A stretch of 43,485 bases of DNA, taken from the NCBI GenBank assembly GCA_049615605.1, contig JBMZFW010000002.1, positions 1-43,485 on the forward strand, written 5' to 3'. Numbering within the stretch: the stretch's first letter is position 1; every line of letters begins with the position of its first letter. The translations under genes and the position numbers were made by a program. Below, one piece after another: positions 1 through 10,942 of the stretch. Origin of the DNA: Alphaproteobacteria bacterium (GTDB taxonomy: Bacteria > Pseudomonadota > Alphaproteobacteria > JAQWUY01). Below the pieces are notes generated by a model. The model saw only the letters and a program-made list of their open reading frames with translations, did no database searches and was not told the DNA's origin.

Positions 1-827
1 TCTTTTACTTCGTTTAATCGTTCAGGGTGGCGTGGAACAATTATTGTTAATAAATTAATATGTTGTTTGTGTAATTTATTAATTGCTGTTTCAATAAATA
101 TTTCATCTTGTGGATGGGTTGATGCAACAACCCAAACAGGACGATTTCCAATTTGTTTTTGCAATGTGGCTAAATCTTTTTTATTAACATCTGGTGCGGG
201 TGAAGCTTGCTTTAAATTACCAATCATTTCCACAGGTACATTTGTAAAGCCCTTAATGAAGTCCGCATAATTTTGTGTTTGTGCCGTAATGTAATCAAAG
301 TATGAAAACATAGCCTTTGCCACAAATGGAATTTTACGCCACATATTCATTGTCTTGTTTGACATACGGGCATTAATAAGAAAAATTGGAACATTTCTTT
401 TGTTTAAGTTTCTTAAAATATTTACCCATAATTCAGATTCAATCATAATTGCCAAATCTGGCTTCCAATAATCTAAGAACCTTTTAACCCATTTATTTAC
501 ATCCATTGGACAGTATTGATGAATTACACTTTCAGGTAATTTTTCTTTCATTAATTTGCCTGATGTAAAAGTGGAAGTTGTTAATAAAACATTATAACCT
601 TGTGCTTCAAGTTCCTTAATCAAACTTAACGAAGAAATGCTTTCACCCACACTTACCGCGTGAATCCAAACAAGTTTACCTTGTGGGCGGATTTTTGACG
701 CATAGCCCTTTTTTTCAATGTATCTAATTGAATCTTCTTTGCCATTTTTAACCCTTGTTTTTAACCAGTGGTTAATTAATGGTCGTAAAATAATAGATAT
801 GATTCTGTAAATATTTGTAAAAATCAT
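1..827 (-). CDS. waaA: 3-deoxy-D-manno-octulosonic acid (Kdo) transferase; N-terminal ~275 codons, 3' end runs off the window
   Basis: Not in the ORF track because it is open at the window edge. My translation from ATG (complement of 825-827) is MIFTNIYRIISIILRPLINHWLKTRVKNGKEDSIRYIEKKGYASKIRPQGKLVWIHAVSVGESISSLSLIKELEAQG. The WIHAVSVGE motif is typical of KdtA/WaaA. I checked the frame for stops over 1-120 only. Confidence 0.85.
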   Translation of the reverse strand, partial: MIFTNIYRIISIILRPLINHWLKTRVKNGKEDSIRYIEKKGYASKIRPQGKLVWIHAVSVGESISSLSLIKELEAQGYNVLLTTSTFTSGKLMKEKLPESVIHQYCPMDVNKWVKRFLDYWKPDLAIMIESELWVNILRNLNKRNVPIFLINARMSNKTMNMWRKIPFVAKAMFSYFDYITAQTQNYADFIKGFTNVPVEMIGNLKQASPAPDVNKKDLATLQKQIGNRPVWVVASTHPQDEIFIETAINKLHKQHINLLTIIVPRHPERLNEVK

Positions 828-828
828 A

Positions 829-1494
829 TTATTCCTTTTCTATTGGACTGTGTCCAAAGTATTCATCTGATTTAATTGCAAGTTCAATTAATTTGTTTTC
901 CAATTCATCTTTGATTTCATCAATAGATTTATTTTTATCAACTTTTACAACTTCGCCAATTATAACCCCGCGACCAAATGGTTTTGGAATAACCATTCTG
1001 TCCCAAGAATTTAAAACTTTTCTTTTTTCCGTATTCACTGAATAGAAATAACAATCTTCGCCCATTTTATGCACCGCAAATAACGGTCCTTTTTTCATAT
1101 GGTATCTTGGCCCCCTTGAACCATCAATAACGATAATAATTTTTTCATTACCCTTTAACCATTTAAACAACATACGAAGCCCTGCACTGCCCGTGCCAGA
1201 TTCTTGTGAAGATAAATAAACATTAACGCCCAATGCACGCATTGAATTTGCAATGAATTCCCCGTCTTTACTTGGTGAGGCAAGGGTATTTACCAATCTT
1301 TTTTGAAATAATAATTTCTTTGTCGCCATTGATAAAATAGTACGATTATGCCAAGTGATATTCATATTTACTTTTTCAGGATTACCTTTGTTTATAATCG
1401 TCCAATTTGTTGTGAAATAAACAAACTTAGTATACAGGGCAAGAAGTCTTACCAATATAAATGAAGAGATTTTATTTTTAAATAATTTCTTCAT
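829..1494 (-). CDS. DUF374 / lysophospholipid acyltransferase-like protein
   Basis: 221-aa ORF with SPSKDGE and IDGSRGPR motifs typical of DUF374. It sits directly upstream of waaA, a common alphaproteobacterial pairing. Confidence 0.8.
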   Translation of the reverse strand: MKKLFKNKISSFILVRLLALYTKFVYFTTNWTIINKGNPEKVNMNITWHNRTILSMATKKLLFQKRLVNTLASPSKDGEFIANSMRALGVNVYLSSQESGTGSAGLRMLFKWLKGNEKIIIVIDGSRGPRYHMKKGPLFAVHKMGEDCYFYSVNTEKRKVLNSWDRMVIPKPFGRGVIIGEVVKVDKNKSIDEIKDELENKLIELAIKSDEYFGHSPIEKE

Positions 1495-1502
1495 ACAAAG
1501 TA

Positions 1503-2618
<1,116 letters not shown>

Positions 2619-2696
2619 TTAGACACTTACCGCTTGTTATTATATCAAGTATAGTTTAACATATTGAAACAGTAATTTTATTAATTGGGAAAGCCT

Positions 2697-3893
2697 ATGG
2701 ATTACAATAAATTTTTTAGCGAACAACTTGATGCACTTAAACAAGACAATAACTATCGTCAGTTTAAGCATATTCGCCGTATCAAAGGTAAATATCCATT
2801 GTGTGAATATATGGGTGAAAATGGTGATGTAAAAGAAATCACTATGTGGTGTTCCAATGACTATATGGCAATGGGTGAAAATGAAACCGTTGGCGAAAAA
2901 ATGATAGAAGTATTAAAAGATTCAAGTACTGGTGCTGGTGGTACGCGTAATATTGCCGGAACAACTGTTTATCACAGCGAACTTGAAAACACGATTAGCA
3001 AATGGATGGGCAAACAATCTTCACTTATATTTACATCTGGCTGGGTTGCCAATTTAACTATTCTTGCGACCCTTGGGGAAAAGCTTCAAGATTGCATTAT
3101 ATACAGCGATGCAATGAACCATAATTCTATGATTGAAGGCATAAGACGAAGCCGTGCCATTAAACGCGTATTTAAGCACAATGATACCGAAGACTTGGAA
3201 AGATTAATTAAACAAGACGATCCAAATGTGCCAAAAATTATTGCATTTGAATCTGTTTATTCAATGAATGGTAATATTTCCCCAATTAAAGAAATTATTA
3301 AAATTGCCAAAAAGTATAATTGCCTTACTTATCTGGATGAAGTTCACGCAATTGGTCTGTATGGTGATACAGGTGCAGGCGTGGCAGAAGAATTAGGTGT
3401 ACTGTCTGATATTGATATTATCCAAGGCACTATGGGTAAAGCGGTGGGACAAGTTGGTGGATTTATGGCAAGTTCAGAAAAGTTAGTGGACTTTGTTCGT
3501 TCATTCGGTAATGGATTTATTTTTACAACTTCACTTCCACCTGTTGTGGTTGCTGGTGCAAATGAAAGCATTAAGCACCTGCAAGGTGCAAGACAAGAAC
3601 GCACTAAATTACACGCAATGGCGAAACATATAAAACAAAAACTATCAGCCGATGGTTTTGAAGTAATGCAATCTGATTCACATATTATTCCAATCTTTGT
3701 TGGCGATGCTAAAAAATGTACGGATATAAGTAAACATTTAATTGAAAAGCATAATATATATGTGCAATCAATCAATTATCCAACGGTAGCAAAAGGTACG
3801 GAAAGATTGCGCATTTCACCAAGCCCAGTTCACAGTGAAGAAATGGTTGAAAAGCTGTCCCTTGCATTGCAAGAATCGTTTGCTAGTTGTTAA
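2697..3893 (+). CDS. hemA: 5-aminolevulinate synthase
   Basis: The protein from ATG 2697 starts MDYNKFFSEQLDALKQDNNYRQF, a typical ALAS N-terminus, and has an AONS-family PLP fold. The track start at TTG 2685 is probably a 4-codon over-extension, since a GGGAAAG RBS precedes 2697. Confidence 0.93.
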   Translation: MDYNKFFSEQLDALKQDNNYRQFKHIRRIKGKYPLCEYMGENGDVKEITMWCSNDYMAMGENETVGEKMIEVLKDSSTGAGGTRNIAGTTVYHSELENTISKWMGKQSSLIFTSGWVANLTILATLGEKLQDCIIYSDAMNHNSMIEGIRRSRAIKRVFKHNDTEDLERLIKQDDPNVPKIIAFESVYSMNGNISPIKEIIKIAKKYNCLTYLDEVHAIGLYGDTGAGVAEELGVLSDIDIIQGTMGKAVGQVGGFMASSEKLVDFVRSFGNGFIFTTSLPPVVVAGANESIKHLQGARQERTKLHAMAKHIKQKLSADGFEVMQSDSHIIPIFVGDAKKCTDISKHLIEKHNIYVQSINYPTVAKGTERLRISPSPVHSEEMVEKLSLALQESFASC

Positions 3894-5038
3894 AGTAAGT
3901 TGCCCTTAGTTAATTTTAAAACTTCTTCGGCAAATTTTTCATAATCGCTAAGTTCATTATAAATATACGCAGATAAGCGAACATATTTAACATTATCAAT
4001 TAAATTAATATGTGCGGAAACATTATTTTCAAGCAAGTGATTTTTAATTGCATCAACACTTATTTTTTTATCTTGTAATTCAGATGGTAATTCAACAGAT
4101 GTCATAAATGTTGAAATATTTTCAGGGACATTATATTTAACCCCAAATTTTTCTGCCACAACATTTGCACCTTGAATAACCAGGTCATTGCAATATTGTC
4201 TAATATTTTCTTCGCCAAATTGATTGATTGAATTAATAGCCGTATCCAATGTTAACCAAGGGGCATAATCATTTGAACCAACCCAATCAAATGAATGTGG
4301 GTATCCATCATTATGGCGTTGGCTTATTCGCATTGACCTTAATAATTTATGGTGTTCTGGTTTTGATACAATAAAACCAGTCCCCAGATATGATAACAAC
4401 CATTTATGACAAGAACCGATATACCAATCAACCCCCATTGCATCAAAATTAATATCATACATACCAAAAGAACCCGCACCATCAACAAGTGTTAGGATTT
4501 CTTTTTCCTTAAATAAAGGAAGGATTTTATCAAGTGGGTTTCTTAATCCATCAATTACTTTTGTATCTTCAATCACCAATAACCTAGTTCGCACGTGAAT
4601 TGCTGTTTCATACTTATCCACAATTTCAGAAATGCTTGCATTTGATGGAATGTATACTTTGTTAATTCTTGCACCTGCCCTTGCACATACAAATTCAAGA
4701 ATACGCATAGTTGTTGGATAAATATTTGCATCAACAACAATTTCATCACCAGCAAGTAATACCAGTGAACGAAGAATTGTATTCATTGATTCCGTACCCG
4801 AAGATGTGAATGCAACATTATTTGCATCTGTCTTAATATATTCACCCAATACGGAAGCACTTTGTCTTATTAATTTAGACAAATTCTTTTTATACTGTGC
4901 AGAATTAATAAAAATATCTTCACGGATTTCATTTGTTTTTTTATACACTTCTTTGTGTACGATAAAGCTAGTTCCGACGCTGATATTTATATGGTCTTCA
5001 GATATTAAAAAGTCTTTTTTAGTGTTTTTACCAAACAT
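3890..5038 (-). CDS. class V aminotransferase-fold PLP enzyme (isopenicillin-N-epimerase / cysteine-desulfurase-like)
   Basis: 382 aa with a PLP-lysine context GSCHKWLLSYLGTGF and SSGTESMN. The precise substrate is not inferable. Confidence 0.75.
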   Translation of the reverse strand: MFGKNTKKDFLISEDHINISVGTSFIVHKEVYKKTNEIREDIFINSAQYKKNLSKLIRQSASVLGEYIKTDANNVAFTSSGTESMNTILRSLVLLAGDEIVVDANIYPTTMRILEFVCARAGARINKVYIPSNASISEIVDKYETAIHVRTRLLVIEDTKVIDGLRNPLDKILPLFKEKEILTLVDGAGSFGMYDINFDAMGVDWYIGSCHKWLLSYLGTGFIVSKPEHHKLLRSMRISQRHNDGYPHSFDWVGSNDYAPWLTLDTAINSINQFGEENIRQYCNDLVIQGANVVAEKFGVKYNVPENISTFMTSVELPSELQDKKISVDAIKNHLLENNVSAHINLIDNVKYVRLSAYIYNELSDYEKFAEEVLKLTKGNLL

Positions 5039-5112
5039 AAATTATCCCTATAAATCATAGTGTTATATAAGACTATATGAAATGAACGACAATAACAATT
5101 AAAAAATCAATT

Positions 5113-6858
5113 TTAATTCTTTATATTTTTAAGTATATCGTTTGGGGATAATAAAACAGGCAATAATATTCCATCTTTATTTTCAGGGGTATATATAATT
5201 GTAAATGGAATTGCAAAACGATTATATTTATTTATATACAATAAAATTGACTTGTCGTTATTTGTAAAGTCACCGACCATTGCAACAACATCTTCGCTTT
5301 TTAATACTTTAATAACATCGTCTTTTGAAAATGTCGTTAATTCGTTAACTTGACAGGTAATACACCACGATGCCGTGATATTTACCACAACGGTTTTACC
5401 ATTTGAAACAAGGTTTTGAATTTTATTTTTTTCAAATTTTACCCATGGTTTTTCTATTTTAAATTGTTTAAAATTGGGGTTATTAATATCCAATTTATTT
5501 TTGTTGCTAAGGCTAAATAATGAACCAATTAAGACAAATAAAATAAGAATCTTTGCTTTAAACACCCTAGATGATTCTTTTATTTGTAAGAAATAAACAA
5601 TTAATCCAATAATAATCGCAAATATAAATTGAGTTTCTAAATCATAATATATGCGGTTTACCCAAATAAAATATGTTGCACTTAATAACATAAGCACACC
5701 CATTGTGTTTTTAAATACATTATTCCAAGCACCCGCCTTTGGGAAATAATTAATAATATTTGGATATATGATTAACAATAAATACGGCAACGCCATACCA
5801 ATGCCAATAAACACAAATATTAATAAGCCAATATACCAATCAAGCAATATACCAAAGCCCATACTTATACTTAACAATGGTGCAGAACACGGTGTGGCAA
5901 GCAATGTTGAAACAATACCGCTGAAAAATGATTTTGCTTTTTCACTGGTACCTGTTGGAATATAATCAAATACCTTACTTGGAACTTGTGCAGAAAACAC
6001 ACCCAACATATTTAACCCCATAATAATTAATAATGCGATTATAAATAAAATAAATTCTGGACTTTGGAATTGAAAACCCCAACCAAGCCCAACACCAATG
6101 GAACGAAGCCCAATTAAGATAATCCCCAATATTACAAATACACTAATAATGCCCAATGATACGAATACTGAATTTTGTATCATTTGCCCTTTGTTTTTTG
6201 ATTTTGTGATTGCCGATAACTTAAATGATAAAACGGGCAATACGCACGGCATTATGTTTAAAATAAGACCACTTAATAATGCAATTAAAATAATAAACAA
6301 TAAATTTGTAGCGTCTTGTTGATATGAAAGTATTCTGTCTAAATGGCTTGATGTTTTAAGGTCACCACCATTTATTTTTAATTCAACATTTTCCTTAACA
6401 ACAACACATAATTCATTACAGGTATAATATTCAATATACCCCTTTAACAATACAGGCTTTGTATTATCAATAATCTTTAATCGCCACGGCAATATAACAT
6501 TGCCCTTGTATCCAAGTGTTTTAATCCCTTGGAAATCAAATTCAATTGGTGTTGGATAATTCCAATCACTTAAAATTAAGTTTTGTGAACCATTGTCAAT
6601 AAATCTTGGTGGCAATCCTGCATCGGTTGAATCTTTGTGATATATTTTCCAACCACCTGCTAGTTCAAATTCAACCCCAAATAAAATTTCATTTTCATCG
6701 CCAAAATTTTCAAGCGATGAAACAACCCTTACATTCCCGTGTTTACTTTTTCCCCAATTACTAGTAGAATTGGAATAAGAATTGAGGGGTAATAAAATCA
6801 TTATGCACATCAGGCATATGATTTTAAAAAATCTTATATTTTTAACAATTTTAAGCAT
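5113..6858 (-). CDS. dsbD: thiol:disulfide interchange protein DsbD/ScsB family
   Basis: 581 aa with a signal peptide, an N-terminal periplasmic domain (TCNELC), a central CcdA-like multi-TM core, and a C-terminal thioredoxin domain with WCITCQ. Confidence 0.88.
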   Translation of the reverse strand: MLKIVKNIRFFKIICLMCIMILLPLNSYSNSTSNWGKSKHGNVRVVSSLENFGDENEILFGVEFELAGGWKIYHKDSTDAGLPPRFIDNGSQNLILSDWNYPTPIEFDFQGIKTLGYKGNVILPWRLKIIDNTKPVLLKGYIEYYTCNELCVVVKENVELKINGGDLKTSSHLDRILSYQQDATNLLFIILIALLSGLILNIMPCVLPVLSFKLSAITKSKNKGQMIQNSVFVSLGIISVFVILGIILIGLRSIGVGLGWGFQFQSPEFILFIIALLIIMGLNMLGVFSAQVPSKVFDYIPTGTSEKAKSFFSGIVSTLLATPCSAPLLSISMGFGILLDWYIGLLIFVFIGIGMALPYLLLIIYPNIINYFPKAGAWNNVFKNTMGVLMLLSATYFIWVNRIYYDLETQFIFAIIIGLIVYFLQIKESSRVFKAKILILFVLIGSLFSLSNKNKLDINNPNFKQFKIEKPWVKFEKNKIQNLVSNGKTVVVNITASWCITCQVNELTTFSKDDVIKVLKSEDVVAMVGDFTNNDKSILLYINKYNRFAIPFTIIYTPENKDGILLPVLLSPNDILKNIKN

Positions 6859-6879
6859 ACAAAGATATTAAGTTATATT

Positions 6880-7455
6880 ATGACAAAAGACAATAGACAT
6901 AATGGTTATTTAACGGGCAGACTTCTTGTTTCCGCCCCAGACCAAGAACACGACATATTTAAAAAGTCGTGCATATTGGTATGTGCCCACGATGAAAATG
7001 GTGCAATGGGTTTAATTCTTAATAAGTTTGAAAATAACATAAGCTTATCTGAATTGTTAATTCAAATGGAAATTCCAATTAGCGATATTAAAAACAGCCC
7101 ACGCATTTACACGGGCGGACCTGTTAGCCAGGAACAGGGATTCATATTACACGATTGTAATTACAAAGAATCTGAAACGGCACATATCAATCAATTTTTT
7201 AACCTTACAACAACGGTTAATATATTAAGTAAAATTTCCCAAGACCAAGGACCAACGGACTATAAAATATTCCTTGGTTTTAGCTCTTGGCGTAAAGGGC
7301 AACTTGAAAATGAAATTCTAAATAATATGTGGATAACCCTGCCTGCGACAAAGGAAATCGTATTTAGTAAATATTGTGATACAATGTGGTATTCGTCATT
7401 AAGTCAAAATGGCATAAATCCACAACATATTTCCGTACATAACGGTTCGGCATAA
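6880..7455 (+). CDS. YqgE/AlgH family protein (UPF0301)
   Basis: 191 aa with LLVSAP....F.KS.ILVC.HDENGAMGLILNK and TGGPV motifs characteristic of YqgE/AlgH. Confidence 0.85.
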   Translation: MTKDNRHNGYLTGRLLVSAPDQEHDIFKKSCILVCAHDENGAMGLILNKFENNISLSELLIQMEIPISDIKNSPRIYTGGPVSQEQGFILHDCNYKESETAHINQFFNLTTTVNILSKISQDQGPTDYKIFLGFSSWRKGQLENEILNNMWITLPATKEIVFSKYCDTMWYSSLSQNGINPQHISVHNGSA

Positions 7456-7535
7456 TTTAAAAAAATCATTGATTTTTTGCCACATAAATTATATAAAATA
7501 ATATAATAATTATACAGATAGTAATGGAATAAAAA

Positions 7536-8096
7536 ATGTTTATACAAACTGAACAAACACCGAATCCAGCAACGCTGAAATTCATACCTGAATGCAGTAT
7601 CCTTGAATCTGGTACAGCAAGCTTTCAAACAGCCGAAGACGCCAAGGATATATCACCTTTTGCCACAAAACTTTTTGCAGTTAATGGTGTGGCGGGCGTA
7701 TTCTTTGGCAAGGACTTTGTCACAATAACAAAATCAGACGACATTGAATGGATGGATTTAAAACCATTGGTTCTTGGTGAAATGATTCAATTCTTATCAT
7801 CGGGTGAAAAAATTATTACAACTGATGCTGATATTGTTACCGAAGAAGCCGATGTTGACCCAAGCGATGATGAAATCGTTGCACAAATTAAGGAATTAAT
7901 TAACACCCGTGTTCGTCCAGCTGTTGCCCAAGACGGCGGGGATATTATTTTCCACGAATTCACAGACGGTATTGTATATGTTTCAATGCAAGGTGCGTGT
8001 GATGGGTGCCCTGCATCAACGGCGACCTTAAAAATGGGAATTGAAAACATGCTTAAATATTATATTCCAGAGGTTATTGAGGTAAGAGCAAAATAA
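7536..8096 (+). CDS. NifU/Nfu-type Fe-S cluster assembly protein
   Basis: 186 aa with an Nfu N-terminal domain (MFIQTEQTPNPATLKF) and a C-terminal NifU domain with CDGCPAS. Confidence 0.9.
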   Translation: MFIQTEQTPNPATLKFIPECSILESGTASFQTAEDAKDISPFATKLFAVNGVAGVFFGKDFVTITKSDDIEWMDLKPLVLGEMIQFLSSGEKIITTDADIVTEEADVDPSDDEIVAQIKELINTRVRPAVAQDGGDIIFHEFTDGIVYVSMQGACDGCPASTATLKMGIENMLKYYIPEVIEVRAK

Positions 8097-9103
8097 TGAT
8101 TAAAAAGCCTAGCCTAAGTATTCCTATGGATATTAAAAAGACCGCTTTATTGTGGGGGCTTCCTGTTATTTCCGCCTTAATCATTTATAAAAACTTTACT
8201 GACCATACTTCATTGTTATTTAAGGTTAATAAAACCAATGTTGTAGCTTCGGCGCCAAAGTCTGTTGTTAAAACAAAAACACAAAAAGTTGCACAGCAAA
8301 AAATCTTATCCGTTAATGGTTTACATACATTTAATGCCAATACGGTTATGGATATTAAAAAATCTTTTACTGAATATAATTATGATTTAAAGAACAATGT
8401 TGTTCCGCGCATTCAACCAAATCATATGCCAAAAGATTTAAACACCATTACGGATGTTAAATATAAAAAAGAAATGTTTATTAAGTTAATGTTGCCAATG
8501 GCAATTGATATAAATAACAACATTATTTCAAAACAAAAAATGTTAAGTGAAATTGAAGGGAACTTTAATGATAATGAAAATCTTAACGCAAAGGACCTTA
8601 AAAACCTTAGGTATTTGGGTGTTAAGTTTGGCGTAAAAATTAAAACTAAAGATATTGGTGGGACTATTAAAAAATTAAAAATTAAAGTACAACCAATTCC
8701 AGTTTCCCTTATCCTTGCCCAAGCAATTGTGGAAAGTGGTTGGGGCACATCAAGGTTTGCTATTTTGGGTAATGCATTATTCGGGCAATGGACATACAAT
8801 TCAAAAAGCGATTTAATTCCAATTAACCGTGATGATGGTAAAACACACAGCATCAAATCATTTACTTCGCCGTATCAATCAATGAAAGCATATACAAGCA
8901 ATATTAACCGCAACGGTGCTTATAAAAAATTGCGTGCCATTCGTAACAATATAAGTTCAAATAATAACAAAGTTACGGGAACCGCACTTGCCGATGGTTT
9001 AATTAATTATTCACAAGAACGCGAAAAATATGTAAAGAAAATTAAAACGATTATCAAATCAAACAACCTTAATAAATACGATACATATACACTTGGTGAA
9101 TAA
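8096..9103 (+). CDS. Bax-like glucosaminidase-domain protein
   Basis: 335 aa with one N-terminal TM segment and a FlgJ/Bax-type glucosaminidase motif LAQAIVESGWGTSRFA..NALFGQW. Its ATG overlaps the nfu stop (TAATG). Confidence 0.8.
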   Translation: MIKKPSLSIPMDIKKTALLWGLPVISALIIYKNFTDHTSLLFKVNKTNVVASAPKSVVKTKTQKVAQQKILSVNGLHTFNANTVMDIKKSFTEYNYDLKNNVVPRIQPNHMPKDLNTITDVKYKKEMFIKLMLPMAIDINNNIISKQKMLSEIEGNFNDNENLNAKDLKNLRYLGVKFGVKIKTKDIGGTIKKLKIKVQPIPVSLILAQAIVESGWGTSRFAILGNALFGQWTYNSKSDLIPINRDDGKTHSIKSFTSPYQSMKAYTSNINRNGAYKKLRAIRNNISSNNNKVTGTALADGLINYSQEREKYVKKIKTIIKSNNLNKYDTYTLGE

Positions 9104-9105
9104 AA

Positions 9106-9762
9106 ATGGTTGTTGATAATTTAAACGAAGTCCTTGCCAATATTACCGAACAAAAACGCCGTGCATTAAGGGACGATGAAACGGTTGATTTAATTGCTGT
9201 ATCAAAAACCTTTGCCATAGATGATATTAAACCAGTACTTGATGCGGGACAGCGTATCTTTGGGGAAAACAAAGTGCAAGAATGCCGTGATAAATGGGCG
9301 GAATTAAAATCACAATACGACAATGTGGAATTACACTTAATCGGTGGATTACAATCAAACAAAGTTAAATACTTACCAAATTTAGTTGATGTAATTCAAA
9401 CAGTTGATAAATTATCATTGGCACAGGAAATAAAAAAACACATTGATAAGAATCAAGGCTGGAACCCGCAAATTTATATCCAAGTAAACACTGGTATGGA
9501 AGAACAAAAATCTGGCGTGCTTGAATCAGATGCGAATGAATTAATTTCACAGTGCAAGGAACTGGGTCTTAATGTGGTTGGTTTAATGTGTATCCCGCCA
9601 TTTGATGAAAACCCATCGGTTCATTTTGCATTACTTCGTAAAATTGCAAACCGCAATAACCTTGCAAAACTTTCAATGGGTATGAGCGGGGATTACGACA
9701 TCGCCATAGACCTTGGCGCAACGGCAGTGCGTGTTGGTTCAGCCATATTTGGACAAAGATAG
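9106..9762 (+). CDS. yggS: YggS family pyridoxal-phosphate homeostasis protein
   Basis: 218 aa with VDLIAVSKT (PLP lysine), HLIGGLQSNK and a C-terminal VRVGSAIFG. Confidence 0.92.
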   Translation: MVVDNLNEVLANITEQKRRALRDDETVDLIAVSKTFAIDDIKPVLDAGQRIFGENKVQECRDKWAELKSQYDNVELHLIGGLQSNKVKYLPNLVDVIQTVDKLSLAQEIKKHIDKNQGWNPQIYIQVNTGMEEQKSGVLESDANELISQCKELGLNVVGLMCIPPFDENPSVHFALLRKIANRNNLAKLSMGMSGDYDIAIDLGATAVRVGSAIFGQR

Positions 9763-9766
9763 ATTC

Positions 9767-9956
9767 CATTTTTAAATAAAAATAAGTTTAATTTAAATTC
9801 ATAATCATATTAAAATCGTTTTTAAATTTTGAGTATCAAGGTTTTGTGAGCGAATTGATTTTATATCAAAATCATTTTTAAATAAAAATAAGTTTAATTT
9901 AAATTCATAATCATATCAAAATCGTTTTTAAATTTTGAGTATCAAGGTTTTGTGAG
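9767..9956. repeat. direct repeat, two 84-bp copies (9767-9850 and 9873-9956), period 106 bp, 1 mismatch
   Basis: Read directly. CATTTTTAAATAAAAATAAGTTTAATTTAAATTCATAATCATAT(T/C)AAAATCGTTTTTAAATTTTGAGTATCAAGGTTTTGTGAG occurs twice, and the 3' part of each copy is an arm of the palindromic-element family. Confidence 0.95.
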
Positions 9957-10022
9957 TGACGCGTACAACCGAAGGTACGCGAGCGAACCAAACCGCAGAT
10001 AATCAAAAGAATAAAAACGATT
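9920..10022 (-). repeat. palindromic element P1 (103 bp), abutting the recR stop codon
   Basis: The arms are 9920-9951 and 9990-10022 (AATCGTTTTTAAATTTTGAGTATCAAGGTTTT vs the reverse complement AATCGTTTTTATTCTTTTGATTATCTGCGGTTT). The core hairpin is CGCGTAC (9960-9966) / GTACGCG (9975-9981). Confidence 0.85.
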
Positions 10023-10612
10023 TACTCAACTTCTTTGCGGGATTGAAGCGCGATACTTAATGTTCCATCGTCAAGATAATCAAGTTCCCCACCAACTGGC
10101 ACGCCATTGGCAAGGCGGGTGATTTTAACATCATATTCCCTTAACAGTTCGCTTAGGTAGTGGGAAGTTGATTGCCCTTCTACTGTTAAGTTGGTTGCAA
10201 GGATTACTTCCTTTACTTCACCAGATTCAATACGGGAAATTAATGTGTTTATGTTTAATTGTTCTGGGGTAATACCATCAATTGCGGATAATACACCACC
10301 AAGTACATGAAATTGTCCTTTAAAATTATCGGTTCTGTTTATTGCCCATAAATCTGACACTTCTTCTACCACACAGATAATTGATTTATCCCTTTTAATA
10401 TCACTGCACACGCCACAAGGGTTGTTGGTATCAAGGTTGCCACATATTTCACAGTCGCCAATATTTTCGCCCGCTGTTTTAAGGGCGTCAATTAATGGGG
10501 GTAATAAAAATTCCCTTTTCTTTAAAATATATAACACTGCCCTTTTTGCCGAACGGGGACCAAAGCCTGGCAAGCGGGATAATATCTTAGTTAAGTTTTC
10601 AATATCTTGCAT
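10022..10612 (-). CDS. recR: recombination protein RecR
   Basis: 196 aa with LPGFGPRSAKR (HhH), a C4 zinc finger CEICGNL..CGVC and a Toprim domain. Confidence 0.95.
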   Translation of the reverse strand: MQDIENLTKILSRLPGFGPRSAKRAVLYILKKREFLLPPLIDALKTAGENIGDCEICGNLDTNNPCGVCSDIKRDKSIICVVEEVSDLWAINRTDNFKGQFHVLGGVLSAIDGITPEQLNINTLISRIESGEVKEVILATNLTVEGQSTSHYLSELLREYDVKITRLANGVPVGGELDYLDDGTLSIALQSRKEVE

Positions 10613-10621
10613 AAGTTGCCT

Positions 10622-10942
10622 TTAAAATGGTAATAAGCCCGGTGGCAAATCAAGACCACCAGTTGCTTTTTTCATTACTTCGGTTGTTTTTGTATTTGCT
10701 TGTGCTCTGGCATCTTTTAATGCAACCAAAATTAAGCTTTCAAGCATTTCTTTGTCTTCCAATGTAACAGGGTCAATTTTAACACTTTCAAATTCACCCT
10801 TGCAATTCATAACAACTTCCACCAATGATGATGGGGCAACGCCCGTTACCATTGTTTGGTTTAGTTCGGCTTCTGCCTCTGCCATGTTTTCTTTCATTTG
10901 CTTTGCTTGTTGCATTATGCTTCCTAGGTTATTTAACATCAT
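10622..10942 (-). CDS. ybaB: YbaB/EbfC nucleoid-associated protein
   Basis: 106 aa with a typical YbaB N-terminus (NLGSIMQQAKQMKENM) and GLLPF end. It lies between dnaX and recR as in most bacteria. Confidence 0.92.
   Translation of the reverse strand: MMLNNLGSIMQQAKQMKENMAEAEAELNQTMVTGVAPSSLVEVVMNCKGEFESVKIDPVTLEDKEMLESLILVALKDARAQANTKTTEVMKKATGGLDLPPGLLPF

Noticed and set aside
67-270. 67-aa + strand ORF at the window start
   Set aside because: It is antisense to the partial waaA gene and has no motifs.
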